Positions 49,688 to 50,291 of a stretch of DNA of 50,291 nt are shown one piece after another (position 1 is the stretch's first letter; every line of letters starts with the position of its first letter). The notes beneath the pieces were generated by a model, which saw only the letters and a list, made by a program, of their open reading frames with translations, had not been told where the DNA came from and did no database searches. Position numbers and translations under genes: made by a program. The stretch is from Promethearchaeota archaeon (GTDB taxonomy: Archaea; Asgardarchaeota; Lokiarchaeia; Sigyniarchaeales; SOKP01). The stretch covers positions 1 to 50,291 of the forward strand of contig JBHLNS010000021.1 in assembly GCA_048941285.1 (NCBI GenBank). Direction: 5' to 3'.

Positions 49688-50291
49688 AGAAAATTATCTA
49701 ACCCTGTCTTAAATTTTAATTCTTTACTTTTTTCCAGGTAAGGTTTGATAAAATTTATTATTTTTGAATTGAAATTTTTTAAAGTATGCAATTCTCCTCT
49801 TTTATATATATCTAAAATCGATTCTTCAATGTTATTAAGGTACAATCCCGCCCACATCATCATTTTATTTGATTTATTGGTATTCAAAAAATCTATATAT
49901 TCCTTATCTAAAAGTAATTCTGATATTTTATAATTCCATTTACGGTAATCTGAAGGTATCCAGCGTTTTACACGAACATTAATTTTATATCTTTGGCATA
50001 ATTTCCATGCTTTATAATTGATATCTTTACAGTAATTAGATGGTGGATGGATTTCTCCTTTAAATAAATTCAAGAGAGGTTTAACTACGTTAACGAACTT
50101 ACTTTTTTTCAATTTATTAATGAAATATTGAGCTTGCGAGTCTCGCATTGTTAATCCAGGTGAAAATAACACGAAATCTGCCCCCGCTTCCTTAGATTTT
50201 TTAATGACGTCTTTCAAATTTTCATCATTATCGGTTAAATATGGAATAATTGGGATAAAATATGTTCCAACTTGAATATTTGGAGCTTCCC
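49684..50291 (-). CDS. Radical SAM protein of the spore-photoproduct-lyase-like family, C-terminal part (5' end beyond window)
   Basis: Frame is open to the window end: ...NIQVGTYFIPIIPYLTDNDENLKDVIKKSKEAGADFV..GLTMRD. Overlaps the AlkD-like start (ATGA). Confidence 0.72.
   Translation of the reverse strand, partial: EAPNIQVGTYFIPIIPYLTDNDENLKDVIKKSKEAGADFVLFSPGLTMRDSQAQYFINKLKKSKFVNVVKPLLNLFKGEIHPPSNYCKDINYKAWKLCQRYKINVRVKRWIPSDYRKWNYKISELLLDKEYIDFLNTNKSNKMMMWAGLYLNNIEESILDIYKRGELHTLKNFNSKIINFIKPYLEKSKELKFKTGLDNFL

Overview
Gene-dense, strongly AT-rich archaeal chromosomal segment, most consistent with an Asgard archaeon of the Lokiarchaeia type. This is inferred from the combination of a proteasome ATPase (PAN), tRNA introns with bulge-helix-bulge (BHB) motifs, an SMC5/6-like SMC-kleisin-kite operon, a small GTPase, a roadblock protein, two SCP2 proteins and beta-helix surface proteins with Loki-CTERM-like tails. 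It holds about 48 protein genes and three tRNAs: Asp with a canonical intron, Arg, and Phe with two non-canonical introns. No integrase, transposase or CRISPR array was seen. The most unusual observation is in the arsenic-resistance cluster (arsR <> acr3, a Cys/His-rich 59-aa ORF missing from the track, an ArsD-like protein, a beta-grasp protein). The last gene encodes a MoaD/ubiquitin-like protein with an in-frame TGA-TGA at the position of the usual Gly-Gly. The frame then stays open for 38 codons and is followed by a SECIS-like hairpin, making it a candidate Sec-Sec selenoprotein directly upstream of pan. Other highlights are a degenerate AAA+ protein leading the SMC5/6-like operon, two genes that appear to start at ATA, and a mosaic triplet of beta-helix surface genes. 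All product calls come from motif recognition by eye; no searches were run.
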